NCBI GenBank assembly: GCA_049322335.1
Contig: JBMORL010000103.1
Location: 995-64,994 of the forward strand
Source of the DNA: Bacteroidota bacterium
Lineage (GTDB): Bacteria > Bacteroidota > Bacteroidia > Flavobacteriales_D > UBA2798
DNA: 64,000 bases
Reading direction: 5' to 3'
Shown: positions 30,086-38,642 of the stretch, piece by piece
Position numbering within the stretch: the first letter of the stretch is position 1
How the letters are laid out: each line of letters starts with the position of its first letter
Notes under the pieces: generated by a model
The model's input: only the letters and a program-made list of their open reading frames with translations
The model's database searches: none
Told to the model about the DNA's origin: nothing
Program-made: the position numbers and the translations under genes

Positions 30086-30976
30086 TTGCTGTTTGGTGCT
30101 ATTGATATCGGTTCGAACGCGGGTCGTTTGCTGATAGGAAACATAAGTGAGTCGGAAGGCCATCCTGTTGTGAAGAAAATTCTTCTTGTGCGCGTACCCC
30201 TGCGCCTGGGAGAAGATGTATTTACGGATAAAAAAATTCCTAATTCAAAAGTAAAAATGCTGGTGAAAACATTAAAAGCGTTTCGCCACCTGATGGACGT
30301 GTATGATGTGGAAGATTACCGCGCCTGTGCCACTTCGGCCATGCGTGAAGCTGATAACCGGAAAGATGTGCTGGAAATTGTGAAAGACGAAACAGGAATA
30401 AAACTGGAAGTGATTGACGGGGAAGAAGAAGCGGAATTGATTTTTTCCAACTACTTTACACAAAACCTCGAAAAGAAAAAATCGTATCTCTATATTGATG
30501 TGGGCGGAGGAAGCACCGAAGTTTCATTGCTGGAAAACGGTGAGAAAAAACAATCCAAATCATTTAAAATCGGAACGCTTCGTATCCTCAAGGGAAAAGT
30601 GGATGAAAAAAGATGGGTTGACCTGAAAGAATGGGTGAAAACACTTAACCCGGAGCATAAGGAAATTATTGCCATTGGCACCGGTGGAAACATCAACCGT
30701 ATTTTAAAACTCAATCATAGTGATGAAGAAAATCACATCACCTATCCCGAAATAAAAAAGATTCAGGCGCATCTTGCAGGGTACACCGTAAAAGACAGAA
30801 TTGAAAAACTGGGCTTGCGTCCCGACCGTGCAGACGTGATCGTTCCTGCTGCTGATATTTATCTTGCCGTAATGCGTTATGCTGATGTAAAAGAAATGCT
30901 CGTTCCGAAAATTGGTTTAACAGACGGAATAGTGTATTCATTGTATAAAAAGGCAATGAAGAAGGTGGAGGCGTAA
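30086..30976 (+). CDS. ppx: Ppx/GppA family exopolyphosphatase
   Basis: AIDIGSNA, ATSAMREA, IDGEEEA, DVGGGSTE, GTGGN, RADVIVPA; directly follows ppk1. Confidence 0.93.
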   Translation: MLFGAIDIGSNAGRLLIGNISESEGHPVVKKILLVRVPLRLGEDVFTDKKIPNSKVKMLVKTLKAFRHLMDVYDVEDYRACATSAMREADNRKDVLEIVKDETGIKLEVIDGEEEAELIFSNYFTQNLEKKKSYLYIDVGGGSTEVSLLENGEKKQSKSFKIGTLRILKGKVDEKRWVDLKEWVKTLNPEHKEIIAIGTGGNINRILKLNHSDEENHITYPEIKKIQAHLAGYTVKDRIEKLGLRPDRADVIVPAADIYLAVMRYADVKEMLVPKIGLTDGIVYSLYKKAMKKVEA

Positions 30977-31016
30977 CCGGACAATAAGCTCGGGATTTTT
31001 ACGTTAATTCATTTCT

Positions 31017-32165
31017 ATGAAGAACCCGCTGTATTTTGTTTTGCTTCCAGTTTTCTTCTTGGCTTGCCGTAAAGATTCAGCCATAACCCCCCAATCCATA
31101 CCCGAAAAACAATGGCAGTTTCAATCGGTAACTGTTGGCGGATTGTTGGGAGACGCAGCAAGAGGAATGGCATATTACAACAACCGGTTGTTTTTATCTG
31201 GCTCTACTGCCTCTGCCGGAAACGGAATGACCGATCTTTATCTTGTGATTGCCGATACATCTCTTAATATTCTTGCGGAAAAATACATTGGCGGAGCGGC
31301 AGATGATGTGGGAATTTCAGCCTATACCACTACTAACGGTGTCCTCCTTTCCGGTTATACCGAAAGTTTTGGTAACCGGCAGGCCTGGCTGGTGAATGTA
31401 AATGTAAATGGAGATACACTGTGGACAAAACATTATAATATCACTTCTTCATCCGTGGCTTTTAATGTAACAGCCGATGCCAACGGTTTTTATATCGTGG
31501 GAAATTCGGCTGACGCTTACGGAAGCACCGATTTACTTCTCATCCGTACTGATCTGAATGGAGATACACTGTGGACAAAAAATTATGGTGGAAATCTCAG
31601 CGAATTAGGAACCGGTATAGAAATTCTTTCCAATGGAGAATTGATAATCTATGCCCATACCTACAGTTTCGGCAATGGCGACCGCGACCTGTGGCTGCTT
31701 AAAACAAACGCCAATGGAGATTCTTTGCAATCGTTGTTTATAGGTGGAGCGGGATATGAGCAACCGGGATACATGAATAAAACAGCTGCGGGAAAAATTC
31801 TTATTTCTGCACACTATGCCAGCAACGAACCCAATCACAATTTCTATAACGCCATGCTGGATGAAAACCTCACTATTCTGTGGCAATACGAATCAGGAGG
31901 TATGATGCATGATGGCAGTGAAGACATAATCGAATCGGATAACGGTTTTTTCAGTATCGGCCCGTCCATGAGCCAGTTTTCTACTGATTCGGATGTGATG
32001 GTAACGGAACTGAAGTCCGATGGAAGTTATAACCGGACATTTTATTACGATGCAGGAGCGGATGAGAGTGTTTTCCAGATCATCAGGACAGGAAACTCTT
32101 TTTACCTCTCAGGCACCAAAACCACAGGGGGAAACCAGGATGTGTTGGTGGTGAAGATGAAATGA
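31017..32165 (+). CDS. Beta-propeller lipoprotein
   Basis: Lipobox FFLAC; repeated DL(Y/W/L)L...NGDTLWTKxY blades. A 24-bp exact DNA repeat occurs at about 31407 and 31557. Confidence 0.8.
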   Translation: MKNPLYFVLLPVFFLACRKDSAITPQSIPEKQWQFQSVTVGGLLGDAARGMAYYNNRLFLSGSTASAGNGMTDLYLVIADTSLNILAEKYIGGAADDVGISAYTTTNGVLLSGYTESFGNRQAWLVNVNVNGDTLWTKHYNITSSSVAFNVTADANGFYIVGNSADAYGSTDLLLIRTDLNGDTLWTKNYGGNLSELGTGIEILSNGELIIYAHTYSFGNGDRDLWLLKTNANGDSLQSLFIGGAGYEQPGYMNKTAAGKILISAHYASNEPNHNFYNAMLDENLTILWQYESGGMMHDGSEDIIESDNGFFSIGPSMSQFSTDSDVMVTELKSDGSYNRTFYYDAGADESVFQIIRTGNSFYLSGTKTTGGNQDVLVVKMK

Positions 32166-32199
32166 ATGTGATTGAAAGTTGCAAGTTTAAAAGTTGAGA

Positions 32200-32297
32200 A
32201 AGTTTTGAAAGTTAGTCCGTATAACTTTCGCAACCTGCCAACTTTCTCAACTTGCTAACTTTATAACAACTCATTCGCCAGGTTAGCCAGCTCGGAT
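32200..32297. repeat. 98-bp perfect direct repeat, copy 1 (duplicated phoH 3' end plus downstream hairpin)
   Basis: Identical base for base to 33321-33418 (offset 1121). The minus strand encodes SELANLANELL-stop. Confidence 0.97.
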
Positions 32298-32347
32298 AGG
32301 GTAAATTTAATTTTCCTGCATTTGACTCTAAAATATTTCTTTTAATT

Positions 32348-33226
32348 TTAAAAACTAAAACCAGTTGTAACGGAAAGGCTCACCACTTTTTTATTTCTAA
32401 ACTTTGGTTCTTCGAGATAATAGAACAGAAGGGCGTTTCTGTTCGTAGAAGGATTTTCATCATAATCACTATAATATACGGGATCTGAGTTTGATGCGTC
32501 ATATTTTTGTACACCCCCATATCCCAGTCCTATCGAAAGATCCAATGTCCACCTTTCTCCTGGGAAAAATTGTATGCCCGGGGTGAAAATTATTGCCGAA
32601 TGAATTTGTTTTTCATCAATTGTGATTTTGTAAACCGGGGGATTTTGACCCTGACTTCCTCCATATCCTATTTTCTTATACTCTTTATTTTCATAAAACA
32701 GCATCGATCGAAACAAACTGATCCCAAGATAAAAACCATTCATTTTTGATTTTACAGGTGGTAATAAATAAAACCTGAAATCGCCCTTCAAAAAATTTCC
32801 GCCTCCTGGTAAGCGATTCGTATTCCAGGGAAAAGCAGGACTCCAGTTCAACCCACCGTATATTTCAATAGAAAGAGGCCAGGCTATATATCGTTCATAT
32901 CCCAGTGCAGCTTTTCCTCCTAAAGGAGAAAGAGGTGATGTTTTTATGATATTGTTTTTGGAAGAAGTATTCCACTCGCTTTTGGGCATATAAATTTTTT
33001 CTCGTTTTGGTTTCGGTTCCGGCTTTGACTCAGGATGAACGTATAGATTACTTACCTGGTTTCGTTTTATCGAGTGTACTATTCCATTGTCCTTATAATT
33101 TACGCGTCTTTTATTATCAGAAAGAATGAAGCATGCTTTTTTTGTGCCATCTTTAAAGTATACTGTATCTTGTGCCAGTAACGTGCATGGCAGAATAATT
33201 AAATATAATATAAAAATCAACCTCAT
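32348..33226 (-). CDS. Outer-membrane beta-barrel-like protein (DUF3575-like), cassette cargo
   Basis: Likely ATG 33226 (MRLIFILYLIILPCTLLAQDTVYFKDG). NIIKTSPLSP..GK..LGYER, FRFY, GFYLG, TLDLSIGLGY, terminal aromatic GFSF. Confidence 0.75.
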   Translation of the reverse strand: MRLIFILYLIILPCTLLAQDTVYFKDGTKKACFILSDNKRRVNYKDNGIVHSIKRNQVSNLYVHPESKPEPKPKREKIYMPKSEWNTSSKNNIIKTSPLSPLGGKAALGYERYIAWPLSIEIYGGLNWSPAFPWNTNRLPGGGNFLKGDFRFYLLPPVKSKMNGFYLGISLFRSMLFYENKEYKKIGYGGSQGQNPPVYKITIDEKQIHSAIIFTPGIQFFPGERWTLDLSIGLGYGGVQKYDASNSDPVYYSDYDENPSTNRNALLFYYLEEPKFRNKKVVSLSVTTGFSF

Positions 33227-33320
33227 TCCGGTTTTCAAGTTACACTTTTTTTTAAATAAATCAAATAATGTTGAAGGAAAGGCAAGATAATTTGAAGCAA
33301 AGGATAAGTTACAAGTTTAT

Positions 33321-33418
33321 AAGTTTTGAAAGTTAGTCCGTATAACTTTCGCAACCTGCCAACTTTCTCAACTTGCTAACTTTATAACAACTCATTCGCC
33401 AGGTTAGCCAGCTCGGAT
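33321..33418. repeat. 98-bp perfect direct repeat, copy 2 (overlaps the real phoH stop)
   Basis: Identical to 32200-32297; contains the phoH stop at 33382-33384. Confidence 0.97.
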
Positions 33419-34728
33419 CGTTCCCCTTTTTCGAGAGTGATGTGGGAGAAGAGTTTATTTCCCTTTAACCGGTCGATGATGTAGGAAAGTCCGTTGGATT
33501 GTTCATCGAGATAAGGTGTGTCGATCTGGTTAATATCACCGGTAAAAATGATTTTAGTGTTTTCTCCCGCACGGGTGATAATGGTTTTTACTTCGTGCGG
33601 AGTGAGATTTTGCGCTTCATCAATAATGAAAAAGATATTCGAAAAACTTCTCCCCCGGATGTAGGCGAGGGGAGTCACCACAATTTTATTTTCCTTGGTC
33701 ATTTCCTCGATAGCTTTGTATCTTTTTTCATTTTCAGAAAACTGCTGCTGGATGAATTTTAAATTATCCCACAGCGGTTCCATATAAGGATTGATCTTTT
33801 CTTTGGCATCCCCGGGAAGATAACCGATGTCTTTATTGCTGAGCGGAACAATGGGACGTGCAAGAATGATCTGCGCATGTTTTTTTCGTTGTTCTATCGC
33901 ACCGGCCAATGCCAGCAATGTTTTGCCAGTTCCTGCCACGCCTTGAATAGTCACCAGTTTCACTTCGTCATTCATAATAGCATGTAACGCGAATGTTTGT
34001 TCGGCATTACGTGGTTTAATGCCGTAGGTAAATTGTTTTTCCACCCGTTCGATTCTTTCCAGAAACGGGTTGTAGTAAGCCAGCGTGGAAGATTTATCAC
34101 CTTTTAAAATATAATACTGATTATTTTCTTTCAGGCTTCCCAGTATGGAAATGTTTTCAGTGTAACCGTCAGTAAAAATTTTTCTTATTTCTTCGGGATC
34201 TACATTTTCAATTACTGTTTTTGCATATTGCACCTGGCTCAGGTCGTGGATTTTTCCGGTTTCATAATCTTCGGCAACTATTCCCAATGCTTTTGCCTTG
34301 AGGCGGAGATTGATGTCTTTGGAAATGAGAATTACTTTTTTGTCTTTCTCTTCATTCATCAAAGAAAGTGCTGCATTGAGAATGCGGTGGTCGTTTTTTC
34401 TTTCGCCATACACTACGTTCGCATCGGTGCCATTCATTTTCTGGTTCATCACAATTTTCAGGCAACCCTGATTCGGCCCTTCCAGCGGAATCCATTCCTG
34501 TAGCGACATATTGCCCGATAATTTATCAATAATGCGGATGCATTCGCGCGCTTCGAAATTTTTTGAATCGTGTCCGCGTTTGAAATTATCCAGTTCTTCC
34601 AATACGGTGATTGGAATAGCCACATAATGCTCTTCAAAATTGTTTAACGAATTATGGTCGTGGAGAATTACAGAGGTGTCGAGAACAAAAATTTTCAAAG
34701 GACCCTTCTTTTTGGCTGCCATCATCAT
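33382..34728 (-). CDS. phoH: PIN-domain PhoH-family ATPase (PhoH2/YlaK-like)
   Basis: PIN domain FVLDTSVILHD...VLEELD...NDHRIL...SKDINLR; Walker A GVAGTGKT; IRGRS, IIDEAQN, GDINQID. The start is one of three adjacent ATGs (34722-34728). Confidence 0.92.
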   Translation of the reverse strand: MMMAAKKKGPLKIFVLDTSVILHDHNSLNNFEEHYVAIPITVLEELDNFKRGHDSKNFEARECIRIIDKLSGNMSLQEWIPLEGPNQGCLKIVMNQKMNGTDANVVYGERKNDHRILNAALSLMNEEKDKKVILISKDINLRLKAKALGIVAEDYETGKIHDLSQVQYAKTVIENVDPEEIRKIFTDGYTENISILGSLKENNQYYILKGDKSSTLAYYNPFLERIERVEKQFTYGIKPRNAEQTFALHAIMNDEVKLVTIQGVAGTGKTLLALAGAIEQRKKHAQIILARPIVPLSNKDIGYLPGDAKEKINPYMEPLWDNLKFIQQQFSENEKRYKAIEEMTKENKIVVTPLAYIRGRSFSNIFFIIDEAQNLTPHEVKTIITRAGENTKIIFTGDINQIDTPYLDEQSNGLSYIIDRLKGNKLFSHITLEKGERSELANLANELL

Positions 34729-34901
34729 AAGCAAAGAAATTTATATTGACTTCCATAAAATTAAACCAATTCAAAAACGGGCTTCCCCGGGCAGGGAAAA
34801 GTAATGAATAAACGATTGTTGAATAATGGCCGAAATGCTGGATTGACAAGGGTTTTGGGTATAAAATCAATGATTAAATTCGCACATTAATGTGGTGTGA
34901 A

Positions 34902-35018
34902 GATTACCACGACCGAAGACTTCCTCTTGCCTTCGCGCTTTGCTACGCTGAAGCTTCAGCGTAAGAGAAAGCTTCTGCATAAGAGAAGAAACGCTTTGAC
35001 AAAGCAAGACGCAATGAA
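34902..35018 (+). repeat. GATTGC...GCAATGAC-family REP-like element carrying an 85-bp nested palindromic insert
   Basis: GATTACCACGACCGAAGACTTCC [34925-35009] CGCAATGAA. The insert has TCTTGC/GCAAGA inverted ends and a perfect 20-bp palindrome TACGCTGAAGCTTCAGCGTA (34944-34963). Confidence 0.7.
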
Positions 35019-35099
35019 GCGCTTATGGAAAAGAGAAAAAACACAGGCCCCGGTAAATATTTTTTATACCATTTTTGGTTTTATTACTTTTGCAGTCGG

Positions 35100-35852
35100 T
35101 TGAAAAAAATTATACATATAACGTTATTCGCCTTGCTTGTTTCAGCGGTACAGGCACAGATCGTTAATATCGAAAACCAAAGGCTGAAGGATAAAAAAGA
35201 AGGGTGGACAGGCAGCTTCGACCTCAGTTTTTCGCTGATAAAAAACACACAGCAGGTAGTGCAGTTCAATAACCACAATCGTTTGATGTGGAAAAAACAG
35301 CAGCATTCCGTTTTGGGTATCACCGATTTTAGTTTTGTAAAAGCAGGGAAACAGGACTTTGTAAACAGCGGGTTTCAGCATGGGCGTTATGCCTGGAATC
35401 TTAAAAATCACCCAAAACTCTTTCTCGAAGGATTTCAACAGGTGCAATACAATAAAGTGCAGTATATCGATCTTCGGTTGCTGGCTGGTGGTGGAAGCAG
35501 GGCAATAGTACTGGATAAGGATTCTATTTCCATTAATATCGGTGCCTTTGTTATGGCTGAGCATGAAGAGGAGGTGGGAGGAAGGATCAACCAGCATATA
35601 CGCTATAGTTGTTTTCTCTCATTCGATTTCCAGTTCAACAAAACCACGGGATTTAATACCATCACCTACTACCAGCCCGATTTTCTAAGCCCGTCAGACT
35701 ACCGTATTTCCCACGAATCTTCCCTCCGTTTTAATGTCACCCGCCACCTGAAATTCCGTATTGCCTATAATCTCAATCACGACACCAACCCGCCCGTTGG
35801 AGCACCCAAAACGTTTTATGGGATTATGAATGTGTTCAGGTACGAGCTATAG
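35100..35852 (+). CDS. DUF481-like outer-membrane beta-barrel protein
   Basis: Likely TTG start at 35100 after a TACTTTTG -7 box (35085-35092). Signal peptide then QIVNIE; amphipathic strands; YYQP...DYRI; terminal FRYEL. Confidence 0.8.
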   Translation: MKKIIHITLFALLVSAVQAQIVNIENQRLKDKKEGWTGSFDLSFSLIKNTQQVVQFNNHNRLMWKKQQHSVLGITDFSFVKAGKQDFVNSGFQHGRYAWNLKNHPKLFLEGFQQVQYNKVQYIDLRLLAGGGSRAIVLDKDSISINIGAFVMAEHEEEVGGRINQHIRYSCFLSFDFQFNKTTGFNTITYYQPDFLSPSDYRISHESSLRFNVTRHLKFRIAYNLNHDTNPPVGAPKTFYGIMNVFRYEL

Positions 35853-35853
35853 G

Positions 35854-35995
35854 CCTCACCCCCGGCCCCTCTCCCGTGGAGAGGGGTGTAATTTCTTTGT
35901 TGGGATAAAATCTATAGATTTTATCCCAAAAGTTGATACTCAAAATACCAGCATTTTCTCCCCCTCTCTCGGGGAGAGGGGGCCGGGGGGTGAGG
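35854..35995. repeat. GC-rich inverted REP-like pair
   Basis: CCTCACCCCCGGCCCCTCTCCC...GAGGGG and CTCCCCCTCTC..GGGGAGAGGGGGCCGGGGGGTGAGG flank an AT-rich spacer. Confidence 0.85.
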
Positions 35996-36050
35996 TGCAT
36001 TTTTGTATTTTTCCCCTAAATAGTTATATTTGGCTACCTACAAACCAGTT

Positions 36051-36794
36051 ATGAAGATCATTGCCGTTTTCAACATCAAAGGCGGGGTGGGAAAAACCGC
36101 TACTGCCGTCAATTTAGCTGCTCTTTCTGCCAGCGGGGGAAATAAAACTCTGCTGGTTGACATGGATCCCCAGGGAGCTTCTACATTTTATTTTCATATT
36201 GACGAAGCTGAACAAAAACATTCCAAAAAAATGTTTTCCGAAAATCCGGATGCGGAAAAAGCTATTATGAAATCAAAATATGATCATCTGGATATCATTC
36301 CGGCCGATCATAACTATCGCAAAATGGATAACCTGCTTTCGAAAATGAAGGACGGGAAAAAATGGTTGCGTAACCTGTTTAAGCCCGTGTCGCGAAAATA
36401 TGATTACGTGATTTTGGATTGTCCGCCAAGCATTACTTTGTTTTCTGAAAATATTTTACGCAATGCGGATATGATTCTTGTCCCGGTAATTCCCACCACA
36501 CTTTCCACGCGCACTTACGATCAACTGGTGGAATTTGTTAATGAACAAAAAATCGACCGCAAAAAAATATTTCCGTTTTTCTCGATGTACGAGCGCAGAA
36601 AAAACCTGCACAACGAATCCATCACCGAATTTGCCTCACGTTACCACGAATGCATTGATGTGGCCATTCCCTATATTTCCGATATTGAAAGAATGGGCGT
36701 AGTGCGCAAACCTTATGTAGAATCCCATCCACATGATGAGATTACTTACCTCTACAAACAACTTTGGAAAGCGGTGAGGAAGAAGGTGGGGTGA
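36051..36794 (+). CDS. Orphan ParA/MinD-family ATPase
   Basis: ATG 36051 after a TATATTTG box (36025-36032). Deviant Walker A IKGGVGKT, DMDPQG, DCPPS. No ParB nearby. Confidence 0.9.
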   Translation: MKIIAVFNIKGGVGKTATAVNLAALSASGGNKTLLVDMDPQGASTFYFHIDEAEQKHSKKMFSENPDAEKAIMKSKYDHLDIIPADHNYRKMDNLLSKMKDGKKWLRNLFKPVSRKYDYVILDCPPSITLFSENILRNADMILVPVIPTTLSTRTYDQLVEFVNEQKIDRKKIFPFFSMYERRKNLHNESITEFASRYHECIDVAIPYISDIERMGVVRKPYVESHPHDEITYLYKQLWKAVRKKVG

Positions 36795-36807
36795 TTTTGG
36801 GTAGGAC

Positions 36808-37353
36808 ATGACCGAATATTTGATTAATCCGGAATCGCTTCCGAACTACATTCGAAAACTTAATCGAAAAATCCTTCGGTTTTTTTTGATTTCGTACGTA
36901 TTCATTTTAATATCTCTTCTTTTTTTAATTCTAAATGTTAAAATGCCGGAAGAATCTATTTTGACACTTCTGTTTTCCTATTTTGTAGTTTGTATTATAG
37001 GATTCGTTATCTATTTTAAAAATAAAATCTTCGTTAGTTGTAAAGCGGAGAACACAAAAATTTTAATTAATGAAAGATCAATAATTTTTAGCATAGATTT
37101 GCAAAATGAAACGAGGCTTGATTCAAGGCAAAGAAAACATTACCAGGTATTGAAAAAATCTCCTGTTTTTTTTTCGGAAATTGATGTTGATGAGATAGGT
37201 AAAATAACAGAAACTAAAGACGGTATTATTGTGATGAGTAAATCTCCAAATAAATTTTCCGGAAAAGGTATTATCCGAATCCCAATTGAAATAAAAGAAT
37301 ATAATAAAATAAAAACATTTTTATATTCACATATCAAAAGTAAAAACGCATAA
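36808..37353 (+). CDS. AT-rich hypothetical membrane protein (2 TM + soluble domain)
   Basis: 181-aa ORF 13 bp after the ParA stop, with two hydrophobic segments. Confidence 0.65.
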   Translation: MTEYLINPESLPNYIRKLNRKILRFFLISYVFILISLLFLILNVKMPEESILTLLFSYFVVCIIGFVIYFKNKIFVSCKAENTKILINERSIIFSIDLQNETRLDSRQRKHYQVLKKSPVFFSEIDVDEIGKITETKDGIIVMSKSPNKFSGKGIIRIPIEIKEYNKIKTFLYSHIKSKNA

Positions 37354-37389
37354 AAATTATTTGAGTTGTGATTTTTGTCAGTTAAGAAT

Positions 37390-37687
37390 TACAATATTCA
37401 ACCCCTCCGGGGTTGTTTTATTTTTGAGTGTTTTCTCCCCGGGTTCCAGGGCCAACCCGGGGTTATTTATGTTCGACCCGCTCCGGGGTCGATGATACTT
37501 TTCCTAAACTAATTTTTCATAACACTTCCTGAAATATTTTTCATTATGAATTTTATCAAAATTGCTCCTGAATAAACTTTGTAAAAAATCCTGACCCCGG
37601 AGCGGGTCAAATATAAATAACCCCACGCGGCTGCGTGGGGAAAATCAAGCAAGTGCTATCACAACCCCGGAGGGGTTGAATATTGTA
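37390..37687. mobile_element. Non-autonomous REPIN/MITE-like element with nested inverted repeats
   Basis: Perfect 27-bp terminal IR TACAATATTCAACCCCTCCGGGGTTGT (37390-37416 / 37661-37687). Inner 32-bp IR with 2 mismatches (37459-37490 / 37593-37624). No ORF inside. Confidence 0.75.
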
Positions 37688-37712
37688 TTTTAAAAAATGT
37701 CAGATAAAAAAC

Positions 37713-38243
37713 TTAACCCAAATCCACCTTATTCACTCTCCCGATAATAGCTTCATCGTCATCCATGATGGCTTCTTCTTTGAAATCGAGTGAGAGGTCG
37801 CGTTTGAATTTATCTCTTGAAGGTTTGGTTTTGGCAATAGCAAATCCCACCATAAAAACCGGAATAAACAATAGTATAGGTTCATCACCTGTAAAAAACA
37901 AAATAAAAGAAATAACCGAAGCAGCTTCCAGGATACACCATTGAAAGATGCAGGCTGCGCGATAGGTGATGGATTTATTTTCGAGCGGTTGCGATTTGGC
38001 TTCTTCCAGTTTTTTACCAAAGACCTGTCCCGACATAAAAATAGCCGCACCTGCCACGGCCGCACCAATTCCGATAAAAGTTACATTTTTTCCAATCATA
38101 GCCGGGTCGAGTGGTTCTCCGCTTCCGTATTTTAAAAACAAGCCGATGGCCACCAGCATAATTTGTGGTAACTGGAGTGAAAAAAACAGGATGGATAATC
38201 CCCTGAAATAGGAACGGACGTTTATTTCAATGTACCCGTTCAT
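37713..38243 (-). CDS. Hypothetical 4-TM membrane protein
   Basis: Four hydrophobic segments, YRAACIFQWCILEAA motif, 4-bp overlap with the upstream gene. Confidence 0.75.
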   Translation of the reverse strand: MNGYIEINVRSYFRGLSILFFSLQLPQIMLVAIGLFLKYGSGEPLDPAMIGKNVTFIGIGAAVAGAAIFMSGQVFGKKLEEAKSQPLENKSITYRAACIFQWCILEAASVISFILFFTGDEPILLFIPVFMVGFAIAKTKPSRDKFKRDLSLDFKEEAIMDDDEAIIGRVNKVDLG

Positions 38244-38632
38244 TTTTTCTCAATGGTTTTTAATTTTTTTCCATTTTTGTAAATGATCTCTCTTGCCAGT
38301 TTTCCGTCAGGGTGATATTCTTTAAATGTTCCGTTTTCCATTCCGTTGGTCCACTTTTCTTCGGCTTTTATTTTCCCGTTTTCGTACCAGTATTTCCAGG
38401 TTCCGTGTTCTGCGCCTTCCTTGTTGTATTCACCGCTGTATTCCATATTACCGTTTTCGTAGTAAGCTTCTTCTTTTACTTTCACTTCTACGCCATCTAC
38501 TACTTTCACATAAATAATTACTTCGGGTTTTCCATTGGGAAATTCTTTTACCACTACTTTTTTCTGTGCAATGGAGGGAAGAGTGGCGGTAAGCAGTGGC
38601 AGCAGCAGGAGAAGTGGTAAAAACCTTTTCAT
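38240..38632 (-). CDS. MORN-variant repeat (YwqK-like) secreted protein
   Basis: Signal peptide; YYENGN..YSGEY, GTWKYWYENGK, GTFKEYHPDGK repeats. Confidence 0.85.
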   Translation of the reverse strand: MKRFLPLLLLLPLLTATLPSIAQKKVVVKEFPNGKPEVIIYVKVVDGVEVKVKEEAYYENGNMEYSGEYNKEGAEHGTWKYWYENGKIKAEEKWTNGMENGTFKEYHPDGKLAREIIYKNGKKLKTIEKK

Positions 38633-38642
38633 GATATTGTTT

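Noticed and set aside
32200-33418. 98-bp repeat as a CRISPR array or IS ends
   Set aside because: Only two copies, in direct orientation, 1.1 kb apart, partly coding, with no cas or transposase gene.
34897-35103. 68-aa basic ORF
   Set aside because: It runs through the nested palindromic element, has a GTG start and no recognisable motif.
35830-36054. 74-aa ORF (RPHPRPLSRGEG...SPSLGERGPGGEV)
   Set aside because: Translation of the GC-rich inverted repeat pair.
37713-38632. YwqK-like gene and neighbour as a toxin-antitoxin pair
   Set aside because: MORN-variant repeats are generic, the protein has a signal peptide, and the neighbour is a plain membrane protein with no toxin motif.
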